DNA of 64,000 bases, from NCBI RefSeq assembly GCF_037042905.1, contig NC_087250.1, forward strand, positions 7,256,001 to 7,320,000. Reading direction: 5' to 3'. Positions 52,861-64,000 of the stretch are shown in pieces; within the stretch, counting starts at the first letter, position 1, and each line of letters begins with the position of its first letter. Below the pieces are notes generated by a model. It saw nothing but the letters and a program-made list of their open reading frames with translations, ran no database searches and was not told the DNA's origin. The position numbers were made by a program, and so were the translations under genes. The DNA is from Lytechinus pictus (lineage: Eukaryota).

Positions 52861-54149
52861 TATTTATATATCATTATTCTTTAAGAGAAAGGGGAGGAAG
52901 AAATGGTTCTCTTCGAAATGTTTGTTGATGTTTATTCTTTATGTAAGATATAATGATAATGATGATAATACTCAAATTTTATTTTGCGCAAATTACAGTT
53001 AACTCTCTTATAGAGTTATATATTATTCATATACTATTCATGTATATATTTTCTTAAATTTTATTCTCATATTTCTCATTTGAATTTTTTTTTACACAAT
53101 TGGTGAAGAGACAGGGGGACGTGGAGGCCTAGGACCCCAAAAGTTTCTCTACCAACAAGAAAAAGAGAAAAAGAAAAAAAAAGGAAACGGTAAGGGAAAA
53201 GAGTGAAATGCGATACAATTTTCTAAATATTATGTGAAATAAGTTGAAGTAATAAAGGGTGGGATACAGATCATATAGTTGTGACCATACTATCCAAGTT
53301 TGATCGTCATTTAAATAAAAAAAAAGGATCAAAGAGGAAGTCAGTCACACGTAAAGCAATAAAAAGGAATATCATGTTGATATATAGTTCTGTTTGTGTT
53401 TCACGACATCTTCACTTATGCCTATTTTGCCTATTTTGAACTAAAGGAATCATATAAGGGTTCCATAATGAAATCTTTATCTCAACATAACGATTATGAT
53501 TTATTTGTCATGTCTGTGTACAAAAGTGGTGTATAGTAATTCGGATTCTTCGTAAAATACTCCCCAAAATATCCCCCCAGAAAGTCCTTATAATAGAACA
53601 TCAATGATTCAGTTGAAAACTCAGATATTCCAGCAGTAAAGTATTTTATATTGCTAAATTGTAAGGCATTCGTTGCCTTGACTTGTCTTTCCGTTAATGC
53701 CCACAATCATTATATTGATTATTATGGCATATAAACGTCAAGATTGACTTGACTTTGTAAATCCATCTACAGTACATACATCATTTTGTCACTGTGATCA
53801 CTGCACTATGGTGTGATATGATATGATAATATAAGCGGAAATTCTTCTGCGTATTAGCTGGTGTCATTCCTGGTTATCAATAATTAGCCAACATTGTTTA
53901 TCTGTTTCAAGTAGCATGATTAAAGAACAAAGTTCAGCTGAAGATGTGACGGAGCAAATCTGATCTTAAAAGGGGAATTCAGTCCATATCAACAAAAAGT
54001 TGATTTTAATTAAAAAAATAGAAAATCAAACAAGATTGACGCTAAAGATTTTGTCAAGCTCGGATGTAAAGTATGAAGTTTATGATAGTTTTAAGATTCG
54101 TTTGACTTTACAAAACAAAAGGAACCGAGAAATACAGGTGACATCGCAT

Positions 54150-54442
54150 ATTCAATATATTTATGTATAAACTAAGTAAAGATGATCTCCCCACAATTTT
54201 TCAAATATGTTCTGTAAAAACTCCTCCATACATAATTACCCAACGAGACAACGTAATTGTTATCACCTACCCCAACCCGTACGCTATTAGCAAAAAACTC
54301 TTTCGTCTTTTTTGGACCAGTGTATTGGAATTCACTGTCCAATGACTTTAAAGAATCACCAAGCATTAATATTTTCAAGCGCAAACTTAAAAAGATGCTA
54401 ATTTGTCAATACTCCACACCAACAAGTGAAGCTAACATATAA
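54150..54442 (+). mobile_element. CR1-clade LINE ORF2 3' fragment (frameshifted)
   Basis: MYKLSKDDLP.. and RTLLAKNSFVFFGPVYWNSLSNDFKESPSINIFKRKLKKML. Confidence 0.8.
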
Positions 54443-57304
54443 CTGTAACTAAAAGTATTTAAATCTAATCTAATTTGTCTAATATTATATATTCTAAATA
54501 ACGTTACTACAGTGCCTATAATGACCTGTGTACCCGCCATGTTCCTCTTTTCATTTTTAGTTTTATATGCACCACCCTTTTCTCATTCCCTCTTTCCTTT
54601 GCCTCCCTTTTCCACTTTTATAATTTCTACTTAAAATTTTATTATTATTATCGTTATCATTACAATTACTATTTAAATTACTTTCCATTCATTGTTTTCG
54701 CTTTTTCCCTCTGTTTTGGTATTTTGTAGATTATGTATTTTAAGTTCAATTTTTCCGTTCATCTCTTGTATATATGTTATGTTAATTAGTATTGGAACTA
54801 AGTTTAGGGACTTGCTTTTTTTACGAGCTCTGCTTTTCTTGGCAATGTTAGTTGCCAGTTAATTTATCTTCAGTATTTGTTATGAAATGTCATAGAACTG
54901 TATGTATTATTTTGAGTATGTATTATTTTGAACAGGTATTTACACTGTTACTTCGATTAATATTATTTTTTGAACGGAAATCAAATCTAAATCTATTTTT
55001 TAAATTCTTTATATAACATTTTATTTTATTTTTCTCCTTATTATAATGCAAAGCAAACTTTACATTCGATTGCAGAGGAATCATCAGTGTTATGCTTGTT
55101 TGATTTTTCTCTTTTTACTAAAATCAACTTTATGTTAGGGTGTTCTTTCCTTTTAAGTGGAATCAATTCGTAAGCGTTCTGAGTGGGGCAGCGGCTCCTG
55201 CTCCACCTAAAATGCCATAAAATCAGCATTTTCCAGTCATATCTTTTTCATCGGCTTTCTTAAGGCAATTCTGACATGTCTAAAGGCTCTCTTTAATCAT
55301 ATTTAGGGAAAAGGGTACACTCTTAAAATAGGTGGGCAAAAAAGCCCAACTGCTAACCAACCCTGGGCAGCATACTGTACACATAACTATTAGTAAAAAT
55401 CTGCCCAAATTGGGTAATGAAAACTAATAATTGGGTAATTAATTTGCTCAATTGGATAATAATTGCCCAGAATATATATATATATTTTTTAACCAACATA
55501 CATTACCCAACAAAGTGGACAGTGTGTTAGTATGTTGCCCAACATTGTGAGTGTGTACACATCTTGCGCCCGCTGAAATATTTGTATTACCAACCTGAAA
55601 GTTGGTTAGAATAATCATATGAACCTTATAATTGTTGATTCAGAAAAAAAGGTAATTAGTTCATCATGCCATATTGTTTTAACCAACAGATTATTGGTTC
55701 ATGTTTTAACCAACTAATAGGTTGCTCAAAGAATTTCTGAGAATGAATTGATTTTTGTTGTTTGGAAGGATCATATAGTGTTCTGCACTTCTGCAGAAGA
55801 CATCAAATATCAAAGTCATAGGCATATTTTAGGTGGTTTTGAAAATTTAACCAGAACAGCGAAATGCCATCATATGCCTCAGGTATACAGGTCTCGAACA
55901 ATTCCATAGTCAACCATCCTACAGAATATCCAAGTCGAGGTTTCAACTATTATGTTACATTTTTTTTTTCAAAGCATGGCCCTTTGACCGTTACGAGCAA
56001 TTTCTAAATCAATATTATCAGTTTTTATTCACTCGTTATTGATAAAGGAAGTGTCAGTGAGTAATATGACTAGAAGTTTACCTTAACAGTAAAACTGATT
56101 ATATATATAGGCTCTGTGACGTATATATTTCTAAATATTTATTTTTATTTTCATTAGAACATATTTATTCAGGTACAAAAGATCAGCACATTTCTTTTTA
56201 ATAATGACCTGATGAAAACATGAAGAACAACAAAAATCACCATATCATACATGAAAATAAAGTCAAAATCTGAGTCAAAGAAAACAGTGTTTGGTATCAT
56301 AAATGAACAAATATTTTGACTTGAATGATAATATGAATAAAACTGAAATTTTTAAGTTATCTAAAGGGAACAGTTACTAATTATAAAATTACTAATTGTA
56401 TGATTTATTCACTGATAAAAAAACACTGAAATGATAGCAATGAATTAATTATGGCATTATAGGAAATATATAGAAAACTCGAGAGATACAATGTTAATAA
56501 GGTATTCATGTATGTCTAAAACTATAAAATATCAAAGGGTTAAGATCATTACAAATAATAGCAACGTGGCATCTATGTTAAAGAGGAATAAGGAAATTGT
56601 CTATTACAATAAATAAAATATAAGTAAGGGTTATTATAGACAAAATCATTGGATTACAAATACTATCCGGAAATAACTCAAGGTTTTTTTTCAGTCATTC
56701 TACCACAAATACAGGAGGGCGCACCATCTAATGTATGTAATTATATATTCCTATGAAAAAAAAAGATGAATACCAACAAAAATTATTTCCAAATGATATA
56801 ATTACAGCATCAAAATCTATTAAAAATACAAAGATTAAAACAAAAAATAAGATAGGTTAATTATGAAGGAATTACCAGACCCAATGAAACTTATCAAGGA
56901 CAATCCCAGGAATGATATGAAATATATATATATATATAATACAAGAGGGGATGACAAAGAGAGAGGGCGCGCGGGGGAGACAGTGTGCGATTATCGCAGA
57001 AATTAAGCGACCGATAAGCTAACAAATCTCAGGGGATTCCTGTCTGACCTAAATGTTTGTAATTATGATTACTGCATTAGCTGCAAGAAAATACATGTTT
57101 TAGATCCTGAATGAAGACAAAAAGTTTTGTTTTAATAATCTCGTGTGTATTTGATCAGTGGCATGCCTCACTTCTTTGTGATAACGTTGTTTGTTTATTT
57201 ATTTGTTGTTGTTTTAGGTACACCAGCTCGTAGTTTGCTTTGACATCGTCAGGGCTGTCCTGGTACGCTTTTCTTCGATTCAAAGTCCGTTAGTGACGTA
57301 AGAG

Positions 57305-57388
57305 ATGACGTCAGACCAACCACAACCAGCGGCATATGTCTATGGCATGCCCGTGAACAACCGATCATCTTATCTGATCAACATTAAG
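57305..57388 (+). CDS. MS4A/CD20-like paralog gene B, coding exon 1
   Basis: MTSDQPQPAAYVYGMPVNNRSSYLINIK|gtggga. Acceptor gttttag| at 57217/57218. Confidence 0.85.
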
Positions 57389-58069
57389 GTGGGATCCGGT
57401 ATTAACTCGAAATATTATTCTCGTTATGTTGAAAGTTTGAATTACTTGCCAGATGGTTTGGTTTGGTTTTACACTCTTGAAATGTTGGGCAACGTGCTGT
57501 CCACACAACAATTGGTTTAAAAAATTCCAAACTCTGGGTAGTTTTTAACCAATACTGTGTAGTTCTCACCCAAAGCTCACATTATTGGTTTAAAAATACC
57601 CAGAATTGCCCAACATTTTTAAGAGTGTGTTAACCGTTGTATCATGACATAAACACTTGTAAAGAAAGGGTTGAAAAATTCCATTCAGAGCCACTGATGT
57701 CAACCATTCTGCCCATCTATTACTTCATCATCAATGCAATTTTGGATCCGTACGATTTTGTCAACGGTTAGCTCGCTGAGACAATCGATTGAATGGAATT
57801 GATTTTATTTCATTCTTCATAAAAACACATATAAAAGCCAACACATACAAGTAGAAACAATGATGAATATATAAATACATGGTTATAGAAAAATAACATA
57901 AGAGAACAACAAAGAAAACAATTTATGTCGAATAAGGGGTCAACAAAAAAGAGCAATTTGCCTTGTTGACCGTTGACCCCAAAATAAATTCATGATAGTA
58001 AGAAAGGGGAAGGGGAAAAAAGTTAAAAAGTCAAAGTCGTGGTAAACATACATGTATAATATTAAATAA

Positions 58070-58300
58070 CTGAGTACAAGTTTAATATATAAAAAATCAA
58101 AAGGAACGTTTAAAGCTATTAACAGAAAGTTGATTCTTAAGATGAGGACCTCAATAAAAAACAGTATTCTTTGTAAAATTAGTTCTGACTTTAGGAAGAT
58201 AGTATTCTACAACATTGCGTGTATTATACATTACAAATTTAGATGCTATCAGAGTAGGTAAAAGGCCTTTAGACAACATAAACATAAATATGGCAACATT
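58070..58300 (-). mobile_element. CR1-clade LINE ORF2 3' fragment
   Basis: FMFMLSKGLLP...YNTRN...LPKVRTNFTKNTVFY*GP. Confidence 0.65.
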
Positions 58301-59594
58301 CAATGGCGCTCGGCCTACACGTAAAACACTCGTGTATGCAATGCTCGAGTTGTATGAATGCGATAAATCAACAGACCTCGTTTGCATTCAAATTTATAAT
58401 GTCAAATGACAAGGATCTATTATTTGGTGTCATAAAACAAATAATGTTCTTTTCATGCGTGCAATGGGCAGAATATACTTCATTCGGTGAAATATGAAAT
58501 GCTCCATTTAACTCGGCTACGCTTTATCGATTACAGCATTAAATCTTTCATTTCACGAAGTATTCTGTCCATTGCACTCATTAACTTTCATTGTCTGTAT
58601 GGTAAGGTCCCCCAGGTCTGCGCAGATTTTAATATTAAAGAGAAGATACGCAGCGACCACTAACTTGCAATACATTATACAAGTATACCAGGTTGAGAAA
58701 GTATGGCGGAAATATTTTATCCGAGGTTGGTTCGGCAATCACTATTTTTCCGAGCTATTTCCCGCTATACTTACTTAAAGCCTGGTGGGTGTTTCATAAA
58801 GCTGTGCTTAAAGTTAAGAGCGACTTTAAGAACGACTGGTGATCATTTTTCATGTTCTTGGGGAAAATGGTATTCATTGACGATGGTTAAGCGCGTATAA
58901 GAAAGGTTCACCAGTCGTTCTTAAAGTCGCTCTTAACTTACGAACAGCTTTATGAAACGGCCCCAGGTATATCAATTATATTTGTATACTATACTTCCGA
59001 AATAAAGGCATGGTATTTGTTTTAGATCCTACTTTTAATGAGTTAGAACAATATATCTTGAAAACCTAATTCTTGAACTCGTACTTCATCGTATTGTTAT
59101 CTGAACCAAGAAATATAGACTGTGCGTTGCGCTGAATGACCTTCTTTTCCTGAAGCCAATCATCCAGCGTAATGTGGATTAGTGCCTGCGCCGTTCCTTC
59201 ACGGGACTTGCCCGGTAGAGAAACATTGCTGTCCGGTCCGTCCATGAAATTGCATTGCATCTATGACGTCAGAACAGTGCACTATTCCATCATTGGCGTC
59301 AGGTTTTTCCAAGAATATTACATAAATGGACTTTTGGCACGCTTACTCATAAGTTATAAGGAAGATTGTCCACTGAAAATTGTGTGAAATGAAAAGAATT
59401 TCATGCTAAATATTAAGATAAATATAGTTAGGTGCGCAGACCTGCCCCCCCCCCTTCTGCATATAATATTGGGCCAAATCAACGCGTAATGTACGCCATA
59501 CGCGAAGCATGCAGACGCGTACGCACACGCAATAGAAAAATGTTTTTGCGCGCTTGAGATTTTGACCTTTTAGATTATTTTTTTTTTATCCAAA

Positions 59595-60152
59595 GGCCTG
59601 AATTCACAATTTATAATTACGCATAACTACCGCGCATATTTAAAAAAATATCAAATGCTGATGCGTGCTTTTGTCACAGTACGTCAAAATGACGCATGTT
59701 GCCATGGTTGAGTACGCTATTTTTTCACGAGTCCACTGATTTGAACAGTGGACTCATTGGCCCGAATTCACAAAGGTGGTTTTGAAAACCCACGGTTGAG
59801 TCCATGGTTTATGCAGGTTTCCTGTATAAATTACGTTTATTTTACCGCGTATATTAAAACATGTCCAATGCTGATGCGCGCTTTTGTCACAGTGCGCCAA
59901 ATTGACGCCTGTTGCCACGGATATCCACGCTATTTTATTCATGAGTCCACTGTTTTGAACTGTTCAAAACAGTGGACTCGTGAAAAAAAAGCGTACTTAA
60001 TCATGGTAACAGGCGTCATTTTAGCGCACCGTGACAAAAGCGCGCATCAGCATACGCGGTAAATAGGTAAATGCGCGTATTTTTTTCAGGAAATCTGAAT
60101 ACACCATGGGTTCAACCGATGGTTTTCAAATTCACCTTTGTGAATTCGTGCC
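59595..60152. mobile_element. Fold-back MITE with a partial tandem duplicate of one arm
   Basis: 59759-60152 forms a hairpin centred on ccactgttttgaac-t-gttcaaaacagtgg. 59595-59756 is an extra left arm. Confidence 0.8.
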
Positions 60153-60212
60153 AAAAAAGCGCGTTAACGCTCTATCCACCTATTGATATTGATGGATTCA
60201 TTATTCTTTCAG

Positions 60213-60329
60213 CAAACAGCAATCCTGCAACTGATAGCCGGATGTCTTCTTGTTGTCTTCGGAATAGTAGCTATCATCCTCATGGCCCGTTGGTCCTTTT
60301 TTGCTACGGCTATCTGGAGTGGAATACTG
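60213..60329 (+). CDS. MS4A-like gene B exon 2
   Basis: ctttcag|QTAILQLIAGCLLVVFGIVAIILMARWSFFATAIWSGIL|gtaata. Four aa differences from gene A exon 2. Confidence 0.92.
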
Positions 60330-60331
60330 GT

Positions 60332-60374
60332 AATACTACTACTACTTCTACTACTTCTACTACTACTACTTCTT

Positions 60375-60408
<34 letters not shown>

Positions 60409-60506
60409 CATTACTACTACAACTACTATTACTACTACTACTACTGCTGCTACTGCTACTGCTGCTACTGCTGCTACTGCTGCTACTACTACTACTACTA
60501 CTTCTT

Positions 60507-60538
<32 letters not shown>

Positions 60539-60644
60539 GCTACTACTGCTACTACTGCTACTACTACTACTACTACTTCTACTACTACGACTACTACTAC
60601 GACTACTACTACTACTTCTACTACTACTACTACTACTACTATTT

Positions 60645-60675
<31 letters not shown>

Positions 60676-60967
60676 CACTACTAATAATACTACTACTAAT
60701 AATAATGATAATACTTCTACTACTGCTGCTACTTCTACTTCTTCTATCGCTATTACTACTATTACTATTAATACTACTACTACTTCTACCAATGCTGCTG
60801 CTGCTACTACTACTATTACTACTTATGACAATAATAATAATGATGATGATGATAATAATAATAATCATTGTAATAATCACAATTCTAATTATGATAATTG
60901 GATAATCTGGAGTGGAATACTAGTCCTACTTCTATTTCTACTTCTACTACTACTACTGCTGCTACTA

Positions 60968-61021
<54 letters not shown>

Positions 61022-61345
61022 GTTCTTCTTCTATTACTACTACTACTACTACTTCTTCTACTACTACTACTACTACTACTACCATTACTAATAATGATGA
61101 TAATTATGATAATAACCATAAAAGAAATAACAATACGATGATAATAATTGTAATAATAATAATAATGGTAATCATGATAATTATAATATCGAAAATAATA
61201 ATGGTAATGATAATAATGATGATAACAATAATAAAAGATGATGATGATGATAATGATAATAATAATTATGATAATAAATGGTTATAATACTGATTATAAT
61301 AATAATAGAAGTGAATCTAATAATAGTAATAATGATGATGATACT
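60332..61345. repeat. (CTA)n / (ATA,ATG)n microsatellite
   Basis: Directly visible; starts at the gene B exon 2 donor. Confidence 0.95.
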
Positions 61346-61528
61346 CTTCAACTATAAGCTGATTTTCAGAGGGCGCTGCATAACATAAAATGTTATTATA
61401 TATATATATACTACCCTCTTCCATCGTCAAAAGTTGAACGCCTGAGAAGAAAGAAAGCTCCATTCAGTGCAGTTCCATCTAATCAATCATTCTTAATTAT
61501 GTTTACGCTGACTGTTCTTATATAACAG

Positions 61529-61588
61529 ATTTATGGGCTGAATGGAGTCATCGGAATATCTGCAGCTTCCAACGGCAGCAAGTGTTTG
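61529..61588 (+). CDS. MS4A-like gene B exon 3 (gene presumably continues past window end)
   Basis: ataacag|IYGLNGVIGISAASNGSKCL|gtaacc. Confidence 0.9.
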
Positions 61589-62023
61589 GTAACCAGTCTC
61601 TTTTTTTTTCTTGAAAATAATAAAAATCTTTGTTATGTTGTAATAGTAGAAAAAGCTATTATATACTTTGGTCGTTATGGGAGAGATAGAAGAATTCAGA
61701 TCTTGTGACGTCACAGGTGATCCGCCCTTCATATATCGTGTGATATACTGGTAGAATTTTTTTTTATCCCTTTCTTAACAAGAATAGAATTGCTTTTATT
61801 TGTGAGATTCATAATTATCAGACACGTAATCTCAAGCTTCCTTCTATGATAAACATATTTTTATGTTCCATTCAACAATTATGACGTCACAAATTACAAA
61901 CTATAAACTGTAATAACTCTCTTAATATTCTTGGATGGATTTTCTGTTTCTGTTATGGCAACTCCCGTAACAACTCGACAAGACAGATTTGTGCTAGTAT
62001 AACCAATTACATAGGAAACATTT

Positions 62024-62336
62024 TGGCCCGTATTCTGAAGTCGGGTTTAACTTAAACTCAGGTTTAAAGTTGTGGTTTAAGTATGGATAGCCAATTGTTA
62101 CATAAATCACTGACGGTAGAGATATTATATTTCAGCTCATTTGGCTCTAAAATGCTTCATAATTTTCTAGGAAGTGTAAATAGATGATTGTCTTCGCCAT
62201 CGATGAATCAGGAAAGAGCACAGCAAACATAAGAAACATACAAATTAATAAAAATTTTGACACTTTTGAGTTCCCATAATTTTAACACAGATTTAGACCA
62301 TGGTCTAAGTTAAACCTGACTTCAGAATACGGGCCT
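62024..62336. mobile_element. MITE nested in a SINE
   Basis: ggcccgtattctgaagtc.ggtttaactta ... taagttaaacctgacttcagaatacgggcc. Confidence 0.85.
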
Positions 62337-64000
62337 TAATGTCTAGGCTAAAGCCATTGGCTAACATTGATTTGACTCTTTTTACAAATCTGAGCTGCGA
62401 GGTCCCATTTGTCACCTGTGTCTGTGATATGTAAAAAAAAAATGAAACCCAAAAAAAAATCGCGTCCGAAAATCATTAGTTAGTGCTTCAAAAAGTGAAA
62501 TATAAAGTGACCGGAAACACCATTTTAATTTCATCACATACACTTATGTGTTCTATTATTATCGCAACGATACAAATTACACTAAATCTTCGATTATAAC
62601 GTATCAAAAGCATTTCTTTTGATTTTTTTTTGGTTTCAGATTTTTTTAGGTTGATAGAAAGGCATCCATGTACATATTTCATCTCTCCTTTGTTTTTATT
62701 TTATTTTAATTACAATCATGTCTATAACGTTAACTTATGTCTTTAATAAGGCACAGTAGCTGACTTTTAATATATAGAGGACAAAAATTACTCTCGGGTC
62801 TTTTTTCATCAAAGTGGAAACAATGACAGAGCGGGTATTCGAATTCGCAACCTTATGATCATGAGTCCAGTGCTAAAACCCCTAGAACACACGTACTTTT
62901 ACCAATATATTTTGTTTAGATGTTTCTCCTATTCTTAAAATCAACCTATTGTCAGGTCGAACTTCCTCTTTATGTTTCTGGCAGATTAGTGCAATATAAA
63001 AAAAATTCCACGTTATCATCGAATATACATCTGAAATGCATTCACGAGAAATAAGAATTGATGGTGTTTATCTTCTCTTCTTCTATTAAGTAAAGATAAA
63101 TTTAATAATTGAGTCTGTAAATCAAAGGTTAATTGTCACATTATCCTTACTTCTAGATCTGCTACTACAGGACTTAAACTGAATCTGAAATTGTAAAGAG
63201 ACGAACTCTAAGCCTAAAAACGATCACACTGAAAATCACCAACACAGATAAGCACACATGGGACAGTGCATTATTATTTCTTGGAACAAGACCCTACAAA
63301 TTGCTGAAATGTTAGGGCCTCTGCTTATTTTGCTTTTTGAGAACTTCCTTAAATGTATAGAAATATGGAATCCATTTTTAAGAGGAAATTCAGGGTTGTC
63401 TGTTGTCATTGTTTTTATCAATCTGTCGACTGCGCGGGCCGCGAAATTATTTTCCCCCAAAAGTTCCGGACCCCGATATGACTATTCATGCTTTCTTCTT
63501 CGGAATAACAGTGGGCTGCGCGTGGACATTGTGGTCGTTCGCGGTGCATGCCGTGAATGAATCAATCAGCACATGTACTATACCCCTTTAGTCCTTAGGC
63601 TTAGATCTATAGATCCAATTCTTAAACACTTATCAAAGTGCAATTTAATGACACTATAAAAATACTAGGCTAAGGTAGGCTAGGCTATGGCTTACCTATG
63701 GGTTAGGGCATAGTATCTAAAATCTGGACCTGTCTAATGCCTGGAGCCAAAAATGCCATGGTTAACTTAGAATTGGTTAAAGGTAACAGTAGATCTGCCG
63801 ATACCCTTAATCATAGGCCATATAGGCTTCTTTAGATGCAATTCTTAAACACTTATCAAATTGCCATTAATGACAAGACAAAATCAAGGCTAATTGCCCA
63901 AATATTATCATAAATCTAGATAATAATAATAATCCGTTTTTTATATAGCGCTTAATACATCGGAACGACGTGTCTAAGCGCTTTACAGATATATTATTAC

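Noticed and set aside
60071..61287. Long ORFs (356, 240, 223, 160 aa) resembling mucin-like or poly-Leu proteins
   Set aside because: They are translations of a (CTA)n microsatellite in an intron. Only 60213-60329 is a real exon.
63403..63591. Hydrophobic ORF as candidate exon 4 of gene B
   Set aside because: No convincing similarity to gene A exon 4 and no suitable splice sites. Exon 4 probably lies beyond the window.

Overview
Eukaryotic, AT-rich, intron- and transposon-dense genomic DNA. The repeat repertoire and gene style suggest an invertebrate deuterostome such as a sea urchin (inference). Three spliced genes were assembled by hand from GT-AG boundaries and phase continuity. (1) The 3' part of a MAP3K19/YSK4-like Ser/Thr kinase on + (7 exons, <1-8100). 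(2) A complete ~322-aa MS4A/CD20-like four-transmembrane gene on - (7 coding exons, 34277 to 21789, probable non-coding exon near 41756). (3) The 5' part of a close paralog on + (coding exons from 57305, probable non-coding exon ending 52163), which runs off the window. The two paralogs sit head-to-head in an inverted segmental duplication. The most unusual signals are: decayed tandem copies of exon/splice-site junctions beside almost every kinase exon; a minimal Penelope-type hammerhead-like motif in a kinase intron; a 46-bp palindromic insertion with an 8-bp target duplication; and chains of MITEs joined at C(A/T)G. Most ORFs in the supplied track are spurious. No CRISPR, rRNA or bona fide tRNA was seen.
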